From Lingula anatina (taxonomy: Eukaryota > Animalia > Brachiopoda), in the NCBI GenBank assembly GCA_051362555.1, contig CM120647.1, forward strand, positions 11,632,651-11,696,650: a stretch of 64,000 nucleotides of DNA, read 5' to 3'. Position 1 is the first letter of the stretch, and each line of letters starts with the position of its first letter. Both the position numbers and the translations under genes were made by a program. The notes below the pieces were generated by a model. The model saw nothing but the letters and a program-made list of their open reading frames with translations, did no database searches and was not told where the DNA came from. Below, one piece after another: positions 1 through 12,066 of the stretch.

Positions 1-352
1 TCTGCATCATGAGGGCTGCTTCTCCCATAAAAAATGTACTGCTAAAATGAAATGATTCCCCGAGCTTTACTCATCATAATATGAATATAAAAGCATAAGT
101 CTATGGACTTTCTGAAAGCAAAAAATCTTTTATTACAGAAAATTATTATATTTTTTGCAAATTTAAGATAGATCAGTGGTCAAATCCAAGGTCATATTTG
201 AAATAATCGTGAACACATTTTTTCACGGAAAAAATTAAAAAATCAATATTGTAATATAGGTCAGAGGTCAAATCCAAGAAGATATTTAATTTTCGTTGGA
301 CCAGTGGTCACACTGGTAGCACTAATAAATTTGAGCTGCTATTGGAGACTTT

Positions 353-539
353 GGCTGTGTTCAGAATGCAAGTTCGCGTACTAGCAGGATCGATCTATTT
401 TAGCGGGGATTCTAAGGTGTAGTGACATTTCTAGAAAGCCCCTCACAAAGCAACATGAACAAAATCATGGGCTACATACTTTTCCTAACAGAGATAGATC
501 AATCTTGCTAGTACAATAACTTTTATTCTGAACACAGTC
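353..539. mobile_element. Short palindromic non-autonomous element (MITE-like)
   Basis: Imperfect terminal inverted repeats ctgtgttcagaat...gtactagcaggatcgatctat / atagatcaatcttgctagtac...attctgaacacag; no coding capacity. Confidence 0.6.
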
Positions 540-730
540 TTTATTTGCTACATTTAATATTTAAGGCTATAACATGTGCCATATTTCTTTTTAACTTAAC
601 TTTTTCCTACTTTTCTACAGTACGTGATGAAACAAACAAACAAACAAACAAAAAAAAAATGTCTGAAATATGCCAGCCTCCAAGAGGAACAAAAACATGT
701 TCTATGAATTTACCTCTCCAAATTGTTTTG

Positions 731-767
<37 letters not shown>

Positions 768-847
768 GATATGGCTGGAGATACACATGTGATAACAGGA
801 TATAAATCCAAACTTACTTTTATGGTGTTACATTTGATTAAATTACC

Positions 848-1261
848 TTAGTTTAATGTTGAAAAGTATGCAGTTGACAAACAGCCGAATTCGTACAAAG
901 GATACAGTGAATAGTAAACATTTTTGTTGCTATTGATTAGCATACAAACATGATCTCTGAACCGTTTTGCTTCTTTCTGCCCATTTTTCATAATTGGTGA
1001 CAACCTATTAAGGTATTTATCCAAATACTTGAATGCATTGCCCCTGTTTCTGAATGGCATTTCATTCAGTCCATATACTTTGGGACCATCTTTTGTCGGA
1101 TGGTTTGACAATATTGCCAAATCCTGATCGTCAATATTTCCTTCATATAGATTGTCCCAGTCATTTCTATAATTTTCTTTATCAGCATTCATGATAATCG
1201 AATCACAAACAGCTTCGTAGTCGGGTAAAATTGTATAAAACGTAGTTATACAGGACGCCAT
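848..1261 (-). CDS. Family A uncharacterised protein, copy 1 (137 aa)
   Basis: ATG-initiated ORF. Paralogous to 9765-10145, sharing P.Y.AVCDS, DW.NLYEG.I, KVYGLNEMP, LD.YL..L and KNV..SLYPL. Protein-level conservation across diverged DNA indicates coding. Confidence 0.75.
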   Translation of the reverse strand: MASCITTFYTILPDYEAVCDSIIMNADKENYRNDWDNLYEGNIDDQDLAILSNHPTKDGPKVYGLNEMPFRNRGNAFKYLDKYLNRLSPIMKNGQKEAKRFRDHVCMLINSNKNVYYSLYPLYEFGCLSTAYFSTLN

Positions 1262-1809
1262 TTTCTAAACCTTTCCAATCCCAGGCACGTTGCCTTACTC
1301 ACTTTTAACTTATTATTCGACGGTTGTTAAGCCCAACTGCATGACAGCCGCTTTTCACAAAGATATTAGTGCCAGCTTAATTTCCAAAAATCGCCCAGGT
1401 GCCGAGCAAACGTGGCGTGCCAAGGTAGCACATAGTTTTTTAATAGGCGGATTATGGAGTCTCCCCGAAGCTTTGATGTTTACTGAACTTGTCCCATGCC
1501 GAACTGTTTGCACTCATAGCAACAGACCAACTCCGTGTCTACCGTTGCAACGAGCACGCTACCTGTGTGCATGTTTGCAAAGGGCGATAGATAACTCATT
1601 TCGAAGATACCCTCTTTGTTATAAAAAATAGAACTGACTAACAATGAATACGATCTCAGATGTATTATTTACATGAGATATTTGATCAGTGCGAAGTCGA
1701 TATAAGTATTCACAAACATCTTTGATTCCTGAATGCCAGGACGCCTTTCAACGTTATTTAAACGCCTAACCTTATGTTTAAGGGTCAGCAAACAGGTACC
1801 AGTAGGCCT

Positions 1810-1882
1810 ATTGACGTCATAATAGTAGTTAGGTAGACTCAACGTATATCATAATTTGCATTCGCATTTATACAAAATGGCG
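1810..1882 (+). promoter_or_regulatory. Candidate promoter of family B copy 1, divergent from family A
   Basis: TGACGTCA (CRE), ATTTGCAT (octamer) and CAAAATGGCG (YY1-like) within 70 bp, followed by a donor (gag|gtagtt ~1932) and an acceptor (ttttag ~2060) leading to the B exon. Confidence 0.4.
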
Positions 1883-2153
1883 TACAGAGGTAGCATCCAG
1901 TGAAGCAGCGAGGTGTTTTAAACAATCTTGAGGTAGTTCTGGTGAAATAGTATAACTTGTGAACAAAGGGTGTGTCTTATTCCTTTATCAACATGCCAAT
2001 GTTTTTCGTATTTGTTTGTGTGCATTTATTAAGTTAACTGTTGTATCTTGTTGATTTTAGTTCTACTGAAGTTGACCCAGCTGGTGAACAAGAGGACAGC
2101 ATTTTTATATCCTGAAGATCACAGGGGTATATGTGTATATTATCCAACATAAC

Positions 2154-2537
2154 ATGAGCGAAATATTATACAGACGCCCCCTGCACAAGCAGGACACAAA
2201 TCAACAGGGTTTTGAGAAAGGTAGCGAAGATACAACCCTGAGCACAGAGACGTCGCCAGAAAATACCTTTCAAGAACATGAGCATAAAAATCAACAGGCC
2301 AGCGTAACTTCCCAGTTGGAATGTATCCTGAGACAAGAGAAAATCCACCAGGAAAAGTGTCTAGTAGAGCTTGGTTATCTGGATCCAAGTAATTATGATT
2401 TGACAGACCCAGAAGAGGTGGAGGAGTTTAAGCAACTGTGGACAGCGTTGTACGAACGCATGGACACTTGGTTAGGTGGGTGGATGCGTTGGCAAGACAA
2501 AGAATACTGTGAAATGATATCCCCATCTTCATGTTGA
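2154..2537 (+). CDS. Family B uncharacterised protein, copy 1
   Basis: ORF from the ATG at 2154, ending in the shared block EKIHQEKCLVELGYLDPSNYDLTDPEEVEEFKQLWTALYERMDTWLGGW found four times in the window. Confidence 0.7.
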   Translation: MSEILYRRPLHKQDTNQQGFEKGSEDTTLSTETSPENTFQEHEHKNQQASVTSQLECILRQEKIHQEKCLVELGYLDPSNYDLTDPEEVEEFKQLWTALYERMDTWLGGWMRWQDKEYCEMISPSSC

Positions 2538-4328
2538 AGCCATAACTGTGAGCATCATTTTATGACACACAATTAAAGTTTTACAGGTACTAGTAGATAT
2601 TAAGAATGGTGGACTGCATGTTAGTATAAATTTATTAGTTTACTCGCTTGCACACGATATGTTTTACTACTAACGGTTATTATGCAGTGGTTCTGTCATT
2701 CTGTAGCGTTGATATCTACAAGGTAGTTATCGTACATATCTTTGCTGTTGCTGTTGTGATTACCATATATTTAGGCTTGTTGCCATTTTACTCAAGCTTT
2801 CTCTTTAATATTATTACATATCGACAATATGTATATTCATCCACGATGAACACGTTTAGATAAACAAAAGGCCAATGTCAATGGTATTTGGTGCGTCAGT
2901 TTGCAAAAAAATATGATGTTAAATTTGCTAGCATAAACGATAAGGTTCGGAAAAATCGATGCGAAAAACGCTGCCCTAATTTCAGTTGTAAGGACTTTTC
3001 ATTGCATGATCAATATTTCCATATTTCATTTTTCATTTCCACTGTGATGCCAGCTGTGTAAATACTGTCTATTCACATATATTAACAATGAGTATTTCAC
3101 GTTAAAAGCTGGTAATATTAACAGGAAAAAACATGGTAGTTTTGTTAAACAAATGTGAAGCCGGATCTATGTATAAATGGATTAAGCATGAACGTATTTG
3201 TATATAGGGCAACACGGCTTAGGGCGTATCAATCTGCCAGAGTAAAAACAATTTAGATGAAAGAGAAAAATGTTGAATTTTATGAAAAATTGTGAACAAT
3301 TAAAAAATGATGTTTAGCTGACAGAGAGAAAGGAACAAAAAATCTAAAGTGGACGAATATGTGAGAATTATAGAGCAGTTGGACTATCAATGTTCTGGTA
3401 TGGGAGGATCATGATGGGGACACAAAGCGCCAAAAATCAGGCCCTGAACGTGTATGTATATTTCACAGCCATTGCGACACAAATCAACAAAGTTGTGACA
3501 ATAAATTAAAAATTACCTGAGACAGTGTTTTTTATATCTTTCATAATTTGTGATTGTCACCCACGTTTGTCATTTCAAATATTCTAACAAACAACATATG
3601 ACTTTCCCTTGTTAATTTGTTTATTTCGAAACTATATCAGCGACAATGACCAGTATTTATATCATGTTGTTAAATTTGGGGACATAGGGGGCATACTTAC
3701 TAGTTTTACAGTTTCTTTTCCTGCTTTTTGTATAAATATAACAACAGAAATAAACATAATGTAGATGCTCATACCCAGTTCCAAGCTCATGTTTATGTAC
3801 ATGTATTATAACTACTATTGTTGTTATATCTTTATCTCTGTACATGTTCACCAGCTCATTCTGATGCAGAACTTATGAATAAAGCACATTTAATAATTAA
3901 TGTAAACAACGTGTGAAATGTGTGCATTTGGCATATAAATTATGTAGATTTTGTCCGTATAATATGATGAGTAGAATTCATTACGTTCAGTACGTAAGTT
4001 GGTCAGACCTAATTTGCTCTTGCCAGGATGACCTATTATAATGCACTTTGTGTTGTTCACAATAGGAATGAAAAAAAAATGTATCAAACCGCTATGACAG
4101 CACCACCATGAATGCGACAGTTGAGAAGCTAAATGTGACAACATACAGTGCATTGCGTTTTAATGATCATAATATTTTAGAAACGAATGATAGGAAAATT
4201 TTCACTGCACTTGTGCGCAATAGCACACTCTGTAGTTATCAGAAATGAAAATACCCGTTGCATCATTTTGTTTAGGTTTTATTTAACTATTTAAATGCTC
4301 ACCTGAAAGACCTTCATATATAGTTAGC

Positions 4329-4477
4329 CCGGTGTGATACAGAGTCCGGGACTGTCAGATAAAAAAACAGGGGTCCGGAGAATCTGACGGCCTGCTTTGA
4401 AATAGGCCGCCACAGGGTTTCTCCGGACCCTGAATAATATTAACATAGAGTCTCCCCCGATCTCTCTGTTATACCGG
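4329..4477. mobile_element. Short TIR element (MITE-like)
   Basis: Imperfect inverted ends ccggtgtgatacagag ... ctctgttataccgg, with an internal inverted pair gggtccggagaa / ttctccggaccc. Confidence 0.45.
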
Positions 4478-4681
4478 TGTGGCAGGAGTGCACGTCCTAG
4501 TAACGCGAGTCTGCCCGGACACTAAGCCCTGACAATGCAAGGCGTAGGGCATGCAATGCTAGGAATGCAAGTCCTAGGGCATACGTTACTAGGATTCAAT
4601 GCCCGTAGGACAAAGGCTCCTAAGTAATGCAAGTCCTACGTGTAGTAATGCACGTCCTAATGGGACGTGCGTTCCTGTCAT
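4478..4681. mobile_element. TIR element with internal ~20-bp tandem repeats
   Basis: Inverted termini tggcaggagtgcacgtcc ... ggacgtgcgttcctgtca; interior built from repeats like aatgcaagtcctag. Confidence 0.5.
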
Positions 4682-5994
4682 TTTAGTAACTAGTCCTATA
4701 TAGTTTACAACGAGAAATGACATAAATAAATAGATAGCTATAGAGACATACTAGTTTTAAAGATATAATAAACATTTGATTGATTCTATTTATATGCCAT
4801 TTTATCTTTATATTTAACAATGTTTTTTATTTTCCAAAACAAAGTAACAAAAACAATTTTATGTGTAATTTTCATCTAGTAAACGCAAATTTTTATTATG
4901 TGTTAACGCATATTTTTGGCGTACTCCTCCTCAGTGCACAATATGTATAAGCCTGGTTTTCCCGATATTTTGTAACAAAATAAGGCACCATTCAAAAGCA
5001 TCCCTTATTTTCCTCCTTTTAGGTACCATTTTCCTCCTTTCAGGACCATTATATCCCCATCCTCGAACAGAAAACTTCGGGCAAGCATGTGTCTTACAAT
5101 GTACACCTTTAAAAACCCCATTGTTTTACCTCTGACATATTTTCCCACTTTTTTATATTATTGCTCCATTCTATCTACCAACTAAACATCGTTTATTTGT
5201 ATTTTATCAAAAAATTCCCTTTCGTAAAACATTTAGCTAATGTCTGTTGTGTTAAAGAACTCGGACTCCAGGAAAAACTAAGGTCCAAGAAGTCGAACGA
5301 GCCCTGGATGAGGTCACTTTGCAGCCTTAGCATTCCGGGCATCATGCATGCCGCTTCCATACCGGAACAGGCAACTTGTGCCCAACAAGTTTTACACAAT
5401 GGAAATCACTGCTATAAACTTCCCACGTAACTTCTCTCTTTAAACTTTTATCTAATTTTGTTTTTGTTCTTTTTTCTCTGTCATCCAAGTATCACTTTCT
5501 AAATAATTAAAAAAAAAAACCTTTCCACTTTCATATTATTTATTTTCTATCTGTCATCTAAACATCATTTTCTGACTTATAAAAAAAAAACAAAACGTTT
5601 CCTTTTCCTTATTTTCATTTTTACTCTGGCAGCTTTGTCCGCCCTAATTCGTGGTCCGCTATACGCATGCTTAATCTGATTATACTCTACGTATACATTA
5701 TACGGTCTTATATATATTTAATTAGCTGTCAGCTTTGTCCTGTTTATATCACGTGTTTTCAACATGAAATTCTCTTTGTTAATTTATGTCGATATTATAT
5801 ACACAGCTGACATCATCATGGTAATGGAAAATATTCATTTTGGATTAAAACGCCCTACAACTGAAAGCAGGTCTGAGCTATACATTGCGTATTGATTTTT
5901 CCAGACTTACTGTACATCGTCAAGCTAAAAAACAACTGATCAGTTATTTTTCTTAAGTGCTTCTGTGAAACTAAATCAGATTATCAAAATGATA

Positions 5995-6208
5995 ATAAAA
6001 ATCATTGAGTCGAATCGTTTCTTAAACACTTGCAGTGGAGGTCGGGGTTAAATGCCGGTCTGGGTCACCTTGGAAAATAGTAAGCGACATCTGGCGGGGT
6101 TTCTTCTAGGCTTCTTTACAAGTGTCCGACATATCACATTCCTCCAGTGGATCTCTCTTAATGTCATAAAGCCACATATTCTTATCCAAGGGGCCTTCTC
6201 TATTGCAG
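5995..6208 (-). pseudogene. Degenerate relic of the arylsulfatase terminal exon
   Basis: Aligns to 22855-23135 (atcattgagtcg; tgtcataaagccacatattcttatccaagggg) with deletions and frameshifts. Confidence 0.85.
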
Positions 6209-7797
6209 TGTCCATATTATTGCATTGTGTTGAATCCTTTGCTTTGGTCATTGGTAAAGGGTTACTATATAAAACAGCTTCGACAGAAGCACCACCATAA
6301 ATGCGACAGTTGAGAAGAGTAATGAGACAGCATACAGTGCATTGCGTTTTTATGATTATTATATCTTCGAAACGGGGGATAGAAAAATGGTCACTGTACT
6401 TGTGCGCATTAGCACACTCTGTAGTAATTAAAAATGAAAGTGCCCGTTGCATCATTCTGTTTATGTTTTATTTGACTATACTCACCTGAAAGATCTAAAT
6501 TGTATAAGTATGTGTAATTTTTTTCTTTAATAAAGAAATTATAAGCGTTCTTCAAAGATAATTGTTGGTTATCTGTTTTTAAATACAGAGTTCTCTCTAG
6601 GAAGTTGATTTTTACAACGATTGCTGCAGATCGTACAGAAGGGCCTTGTTGTAGATAACAGTTATTGTGAGGCATTTGGTTTCCTTTTACCTCTCCTTCC
6701 TCATTTTGCCTCTGCCTCTTACTTGAGTGGGTCCTTCGCGGGCGCTGTGGTTTTTCGTGTGGCTGCTCAGAAGACAGATAATTGACAGACAAGCCAGCCA
6801 GATGAGTTGAGGGCAAGTCAGCCCAAAATATATTAATTGTTTACGCTTAGTTATTATTATTATTGATAAACCCTTGCAGAGGCCTCTGCACAGGGGTATG
6901 AATGCCGGGTAAGAATATTTGTACTAGTATTTGTAATTTAATTTGATTTAATCATTATATACTGGTGTATGTCTGCTGTACTGCTTTGTTCTTTCAAGAA
7001 GTTTGTTGTATATTTACCTTGATTATGCAATTTAAATGTTTCGTATTATCATCGTTACATCCATCATTATAAATTATACCTGTCTTTAATTTATTTTTAG
7101 TTAATAAACGACTACCGCCACCATTCTGAATCGGCTGCTCTCAAGTGAACTCTACAGGCCTTTATCACCATTTTATCTTTCAAAAGACGAATTAAATGTC
7201 CAGATAAGGTGGCTGTCAATGCAAGAATTGTTAATATAAAATTATCAACTAAAAATTATCAAGTAGGCCTATACAGGGCACTTAATGATAACACCGAAAC
7301 AGCTTGATCAGGTGATGTTGTCCATAACCAGGACGAAATCAAAGTCTAGCCTGCACCGGCACGAATTGTTAACACACATTTATTGACAGTTACAAAAAGG
7401 TCTACAATACTAAACAACTAGATCAGGTGATGTTGGCAATAACCAGAACGCTATCAAAGTCTAACCTGTGCCAAAGAGTGCACATTATATCAGTAACACA
7501 AAGTAACTGTATTTGTTTGGAAATTATATTTTAAATGTAGTATTTAGGCTTACGCATTACGTTAATATCAATTATCAACACTATTCAATGTTCATCCTTA
7601 ATGTGCTTCATTTCTTTTTATTCATGGGACCTTCAATAAATGCGGCCGTCATTGGCCAAATTTCGAACATCATGTTTGAGTTTGTTCTATTTATATATCA
7701 TTTTTACTGACACGTCTTATTACTTAAATCAGCTTAGATCAAGGAGACATAAATGTATATGGCGAGTGGGAATTTATTTATGGTTGGTTGGGACCTA

Positions 7798-7975
7798 AGA
7801 CCCCATTCCCATAGATTTTAGATCGATCTATCCCTGCGGGAAGTCTCACTAGATTACTGTCAGCTTAGCCGGCTTAAGCGTCTGTCCCACCTAAAAGCCG
7901 TAAGGGTGTAATTAACTATGGTGCGCACTCGGCTGACTGCAATTTAGCATGAACCCCCAGTGAGTTAGGTTAATC
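7798..7975. mobile_element. MITE-family relic (gaccccattcccatag terminus)
   Basis: Shares the terminus and the gatcgatc/gtctcact internal motifs with 9490-9690, 22209-22465 and 29762-30015. Confidence 0.45.
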
Positions 7976-8001
7976 TCAATCTAAATCTCTGTCTCGATCT
8001 G

Positions 8002-8004
<3 letters not shown>

Positions 8005-8040
<36 letters not shown>
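8005..8040. repeat. (GA)n microsatellite
   Basis: Directly visible. Confidence 0.9.
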
Positions 8041-8043
<3 letters not shown>

Positions 8044-8286
8044 AAGAGCTGAAGTCAAAGACAATTAATCGCATTTGTCCTCTGTTAATTGATTTAGAAA
8101 ATGTTAGAAATCAAAGTGGTTTATAATTACAAATGACTGTTGCGGTTCATGAGTAAAGAACATCCATATTTAGCAGAAGACTGTGCATGTCTTTGAATCA
8201 TTCCCTGCTGAACGTATATTTCTGGGGGAAAAAAAGGTCTAACAGGATTTACGCCCGGGGCTGCCTTTTAGGTATTGCGTAATCAA

Positions 8287-8934
8287 TCAAATATTCATTT
8301 GGCAGGTCCTTTTGTCAATGTTAAATTCGGACATTATTGCCCTCAATTCTCTCCCAGCAAGCTCTTTAGGAGTCATCCCCATTTTGTTAACTGGGGTTTT
8401 AGACTGTTTACTGTGTCTATCTTTTGTACTGAGTTCAGCGTGGCCAAATACTCCTATCAAAATGTAAACTACTGGGATACGCGAATAATTTTGCTCCCTG
8501 AACAGAAGCAGATGATCCGATGAATTCCCTCCCAGGTGAACTTTGTACAGAACATTATCCACCGGCTTACATTCCCTGCCATCAAGGACCCATTTAAAAT
8601 CCTTAGTGTTTGAGTACTTTTTTTCTGCTTGCTTTACCCCAACTTTCGATAAAAGGAAGCTCTCCCCATTAATAGAGTAAGAATGTTGGCCGTTAATCAA
8701 GGCATGTAGACAAGGAATAAGATGGCCTTGAATAAATAATATGTGGTCTTCAAGAGACTTTTGAAATCGATTTGGGGAGAAGATGGCTAGTTTTGCATGC
8801 GTGTTTGAAGGTGGCGCAGAAGATGAAGCCTCGGCTCCGGCGGAAGGCGGATTATCCGTAACCGCACTTTTCAAGAAAGTTATAAACCGTTTTTTCATTC
8901 TGCCCTCTTCTGTTGTCTCCTCACCAAGAACCAT
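8287..8934 (-). CDS. Family C protein, intact copy (215 aa from ATG 8934); candidate YafQ/RelE-like RNase fold
   Basis: Open frame preceded by a splice acceptor (cccttaacag| at 8971). Paralogous fragment at 15474-15775. The motifs IFSPNRFQKSL, LHALINGQ, LYKVH...DHLLLF...LIGVFGHAEL resemble YafQ by eye only. Confidence 0.7.
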   Translation of the reverse strand: MVLGEETTEEGRMKKRFITFLKSAVTDNPPSAGAEASSSAPPSNTHAKLAIFSPNRFQKSLEDHILFIQGHLIPCLHALINGQHSYSINGESFLLSKVGVKQAEKKYSNTKDFKWVLDGRECKPVDNVLYKVHLGGNSSDHLLLFREQNYSRIPVVYILIGVFGHAELSTKDRHSKQSKTPVNKMGMTPKELAGRELRAIMSEFNIDKRTCQMNI

Positions 8935-9489
8935 ATAGAAATTTTCCTGCTTTGTCGACAATCTGTGGGTCTGTTAAGGGATAATATATTTCACACAACA
9001 AATATCTAGTTATTTCTTAACCCTGTTAACCCAACTGTTTGGCCATGGCCTAATGCATTAGAGCTAATTAAGGTTATAATTATAAATTGGATATTAACAA
9101 ACTATCATGCTTACAGTTAAATAATTACGACCTTATTAGTGATCCCTGTCATTTGAATATTTAAATGCACATGCACTGGTCTAAAACACCTAGATTTGTA
9201 TCAATCCCCCCAAATAAATGAATAAATAGATAAATAAAATTCCATGTTTACATTAAAAAACTATCTTATCGTCCCTTAAACGCAGTTTAACAAATTTTGC
9301 TAGTCGACTTAACGTAGGGGGCTTTACACTTCAGTAGCCCATGCTAGCCCTCAAAACCTATAATTTTTATTATTTGTGAGTGAAAATATACAAATTGTAA
9401 GTTCAACTGATACTATTTAAACTGTAAGTTCAACTGATACTATTTAAACCCGAATTTAATAACAAGATTTAAGTTTTATGGACCTCCCC

Positions 9490-9690
9490 AGACCCCATCG
9501 TACTAACTGTGCATCGATCTATCTCCAAGGGGATTCTCACTGAAGCTGTTAGGGGTAATCAACTATCGTTAAGCAGCTTCAGTAGGCGTGCCAGACATTT
9601 GAGCCGCTTAAGCTGAAAGCAATTTAGTGAGAAACCCCTTGGAGATGGATCGATCCTGTTAGATCGACCTAGGTAGGGGAACCCAGTCTT
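9490..9690. mobile_element. Palindromic MITE-family copy
   Basis: Inverted arms atcgatctatctccaaggggattctcact ... agtgagaaaccccttggagatggatcgat. Confidence 0.55.
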
Positions 9691-9764
9691 AGTCTTTTAG
9701 CAAAGTGGTATTTGATAGAAAAATATTTTTGCTGCACATTAAAGTTTAATCAATCTGAGGTTCA

Positions 9765-10145
9765 TCATTTTAAAGGATACAGTGAAAAATGGACATTCTT
9801 AGAAGAATCGAAAATTGTTCGAATATGACCTTTGAATTTCACAGTTTCTTCTTCGCCGATATCATCCATATACATTTTCAACTTCTCAAGGTATGCATCC
9901 AAACATTCCAATTCATAACCGTTGTCAATCGGCATCTCGTTCAGTCCATATACCTTTTGGTCGGCATTTTTCGGAGTTTTTGTCAACCTGTTGTAATCGT
10001 CAGAGTTTATGTCCCCTTCATATAGGTTTTCCCAATCTTGATGGCGTTTTCGTTTTCCTTTTTTATCATTGTAGATATTTGAATCACAGACCGCTTGGTA
10101 CTCGGGTATAACTGTATGCCACGTAAAAGGATCCGAGGCGGCCAT
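9765..10145 (-). CDS. Family A uncharacterised protein, copy 2 (126 aa)
   Basis: ATG in good context (aagATGG); paralog of 848-1261. Confidence 0.75.
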   Translation of the reverse strand: MAASDPFTWHTVIPEYQAVCDSNIYNDKKGKRKRHQDWENLYEGDINSDDYNRLTKTPKNADQKVYGLNEMPIDNGYELECLDAYLEKLKMYMDDIGEEETVKFKGHIRTIFDSSKNVHFSLYPLK

Positions 10146-10571
10146 CTTCTGTTCTTTTCAAATACCAAGCCTGACGCCTCACTTAATGCTATTGATATTT
10201 ATTATTCACCTGCTGTTAAGGTCAGTTTGCGAAGAGCCGATTTCTTTGCGTACACTTGAACAACAATGGATTGATAACAGCGGTCAAAAATCATATTTAT
10301 ACTCGGTCAACAACCATACAAGCATGACGTACTAAGTACGAAGTGACATTTATGAGCGTAAGGTATTTTACATCTACGTCAGACGGAGAAGGACGGATTC
10401 GAACTAAGCAGTTTTTGACAAAAAAACTGACAGAAAGGGTTCATTTTTGGGTTCATCGTGGGAAAACTTTGAATTGCAAGGTGAGAGGTATGTACCTTGT
10501 AGATACAAAGACTAAAGCTCGATCAGTATATCAACATATGTACCTGTATACTCATATTTGCGGCAGGTTTT

Positions 10572-10618
<47 letters not shown>

Positions 10619-11310
10619 CGCGGCTATCTCACATATTCTAAATGAGGTTTTGATCTAGGGATTGAGCTCTGGCCATTGGGGGCTGGATCTGGTTCCCATA
10701 TTACCAGTCTACTGTTACATTGCTTGTACGTGGATTATTTTTACGTATATGACACATAGTTACTACACCTGGTCATTTCAATCAGTGTTGACGATCTTAC
10801 CTCCCTGGGGAGGATACAGTCCCCTAGAAGACACCCTGATTGTGAAGACGTCTTCTGAGGGTAAATTCAGAGATATGCTTTACCCTCTTCTTGTTAAATG
10901 ATGTGCTCAAATTCCAAAATGTCATGAAACGCCTGTTAAAAGATAGACCCCTCTCCTTTAAGAGAAGCACGATAAAAAGTATTGGATTATTTCAGTGATT
11001 AAGCTAGGTAGTTCACTGTTTACTACTCACACCTTTAATTTCACGATGATAGCTGCCTAGTTGTTATTGAATAGAAAAAATTAGACCATGTTCATTATTG
11101 ACGTAGGGACGACACTTTTTGCAAGGGGAGTTCAGCTTACTTTTTTCCCCAAGACAACTATGCTAAATACTTGTGTGTTTTTAATTTTTTTTCGTGATTA
11201 TTGTTTTTTTTTTATTTCCTGCAGACTATACAGTTGGTGATTAGTGAAAGAAAAACATCAATTCCAACTTAATTTGCTTAATTTACTTAATTTTCTCAGT
11301 CTGGCTGCAG

Positions 11311-11754
11311 ATGGCCCAGTTGTGCAAGAGAGCAATGATGGACGTTATGGCTGTGAGCCCGGCAGCCAAGAGGAAGCACCACCCACGAAATGGAATGCGC
11401 ATTCGTGAAGGTATGGCTCATAAGGAAGACAAAAATGAAAAGAGAAGAGCAAATACCCTTAAAGAATCTCCTGAATGTGACTTGCACGAGAAGAAATCCC
11501 GACATGATCAATCTGAACGTCATCTTGACCTGCGGAAGCTTGAGTATCGTCTCCGAAAAGAGAAGGTCCACCAGGAGAAGTGTTTGGTAGAGCTCGGATA
11601 CCTGGATCTAAGTAATTATGATTTGACAGACCCAGAAGAGGTGGAAGAGTTCAAGCAACTGTGGACAGCGTTGTACGACCGTATGGACACTTGGTTAGGT
11701 GGGTGGAGGCGCTGGCAAGACAAAGAATACTGTGAAATGATTGAAAATATGTAA
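11311..11754 (+). CDS. Family B uncharacterised protein, copy 2 (147 aa)
   Basis: Acceptor ttttctcag just upstream of the ATG. Basic N-terminus (AKRKHH) followed by the conserved C-terminal block ending WQDKEYCEMIENM. Confidence 0.75.
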   Translation: MAQLCKRAMMDVMAVSPAAKRKHHPRNGMRIREGMAHKEDKNEKRRANTLKESPECDLHEKKSRHDQSERHLDLRKLEYRLRKEKVHQEKCLVELGYLDLSNYDLTDPEEVEEFKQLWTALYDRMDTWLGGWRRWQDKEYCEMIENM

Positions 11755-12019
11755 CAAAATTTAGAGCTATCAGGTCGACCAAGACATTTGCGCCTTTAGC
11801 ACTGACTATTGATAAAAACTGACCTAAATGTAATGGATTTAAAGTTAATCTTAACCTTAATATAATTTAAATATCGTCATAAAACCAAATTGTTTTCATC
11901 TTTCTTTCTCATATTTTAAAAATCTTGTTCTTATTTATTGAATTTTACTATTTTATGAGTCTTATTCTCAAATATTAAATGTTACTATGTAGCATCTAAC
12001 TATATGGATGCAAACACAA

Positions 12020-12066
<47 letters not shown>

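Noticed and set aside
1290-1631. 113-aa ORF between A and B
   Set aside because: Non-ATG start, no counterpart in the second A/B interval, no recognisable motif.
6048-6489. ORFs of 62-135 aa over the 6 kb region
   Set aside because: They overlie a frameshifted sulfatase relic and a non-coding repeated block; the frames are not conserved in the homologous copies.
8287-11754. Bacterial contamination as the explanation for the toxin-like and caspase-like ORFs
   Set aside because: The ORFs have spliceosomal acceptors and are interleaved with animal microsatellites, MITEs and relics of the host sulfatase exon.
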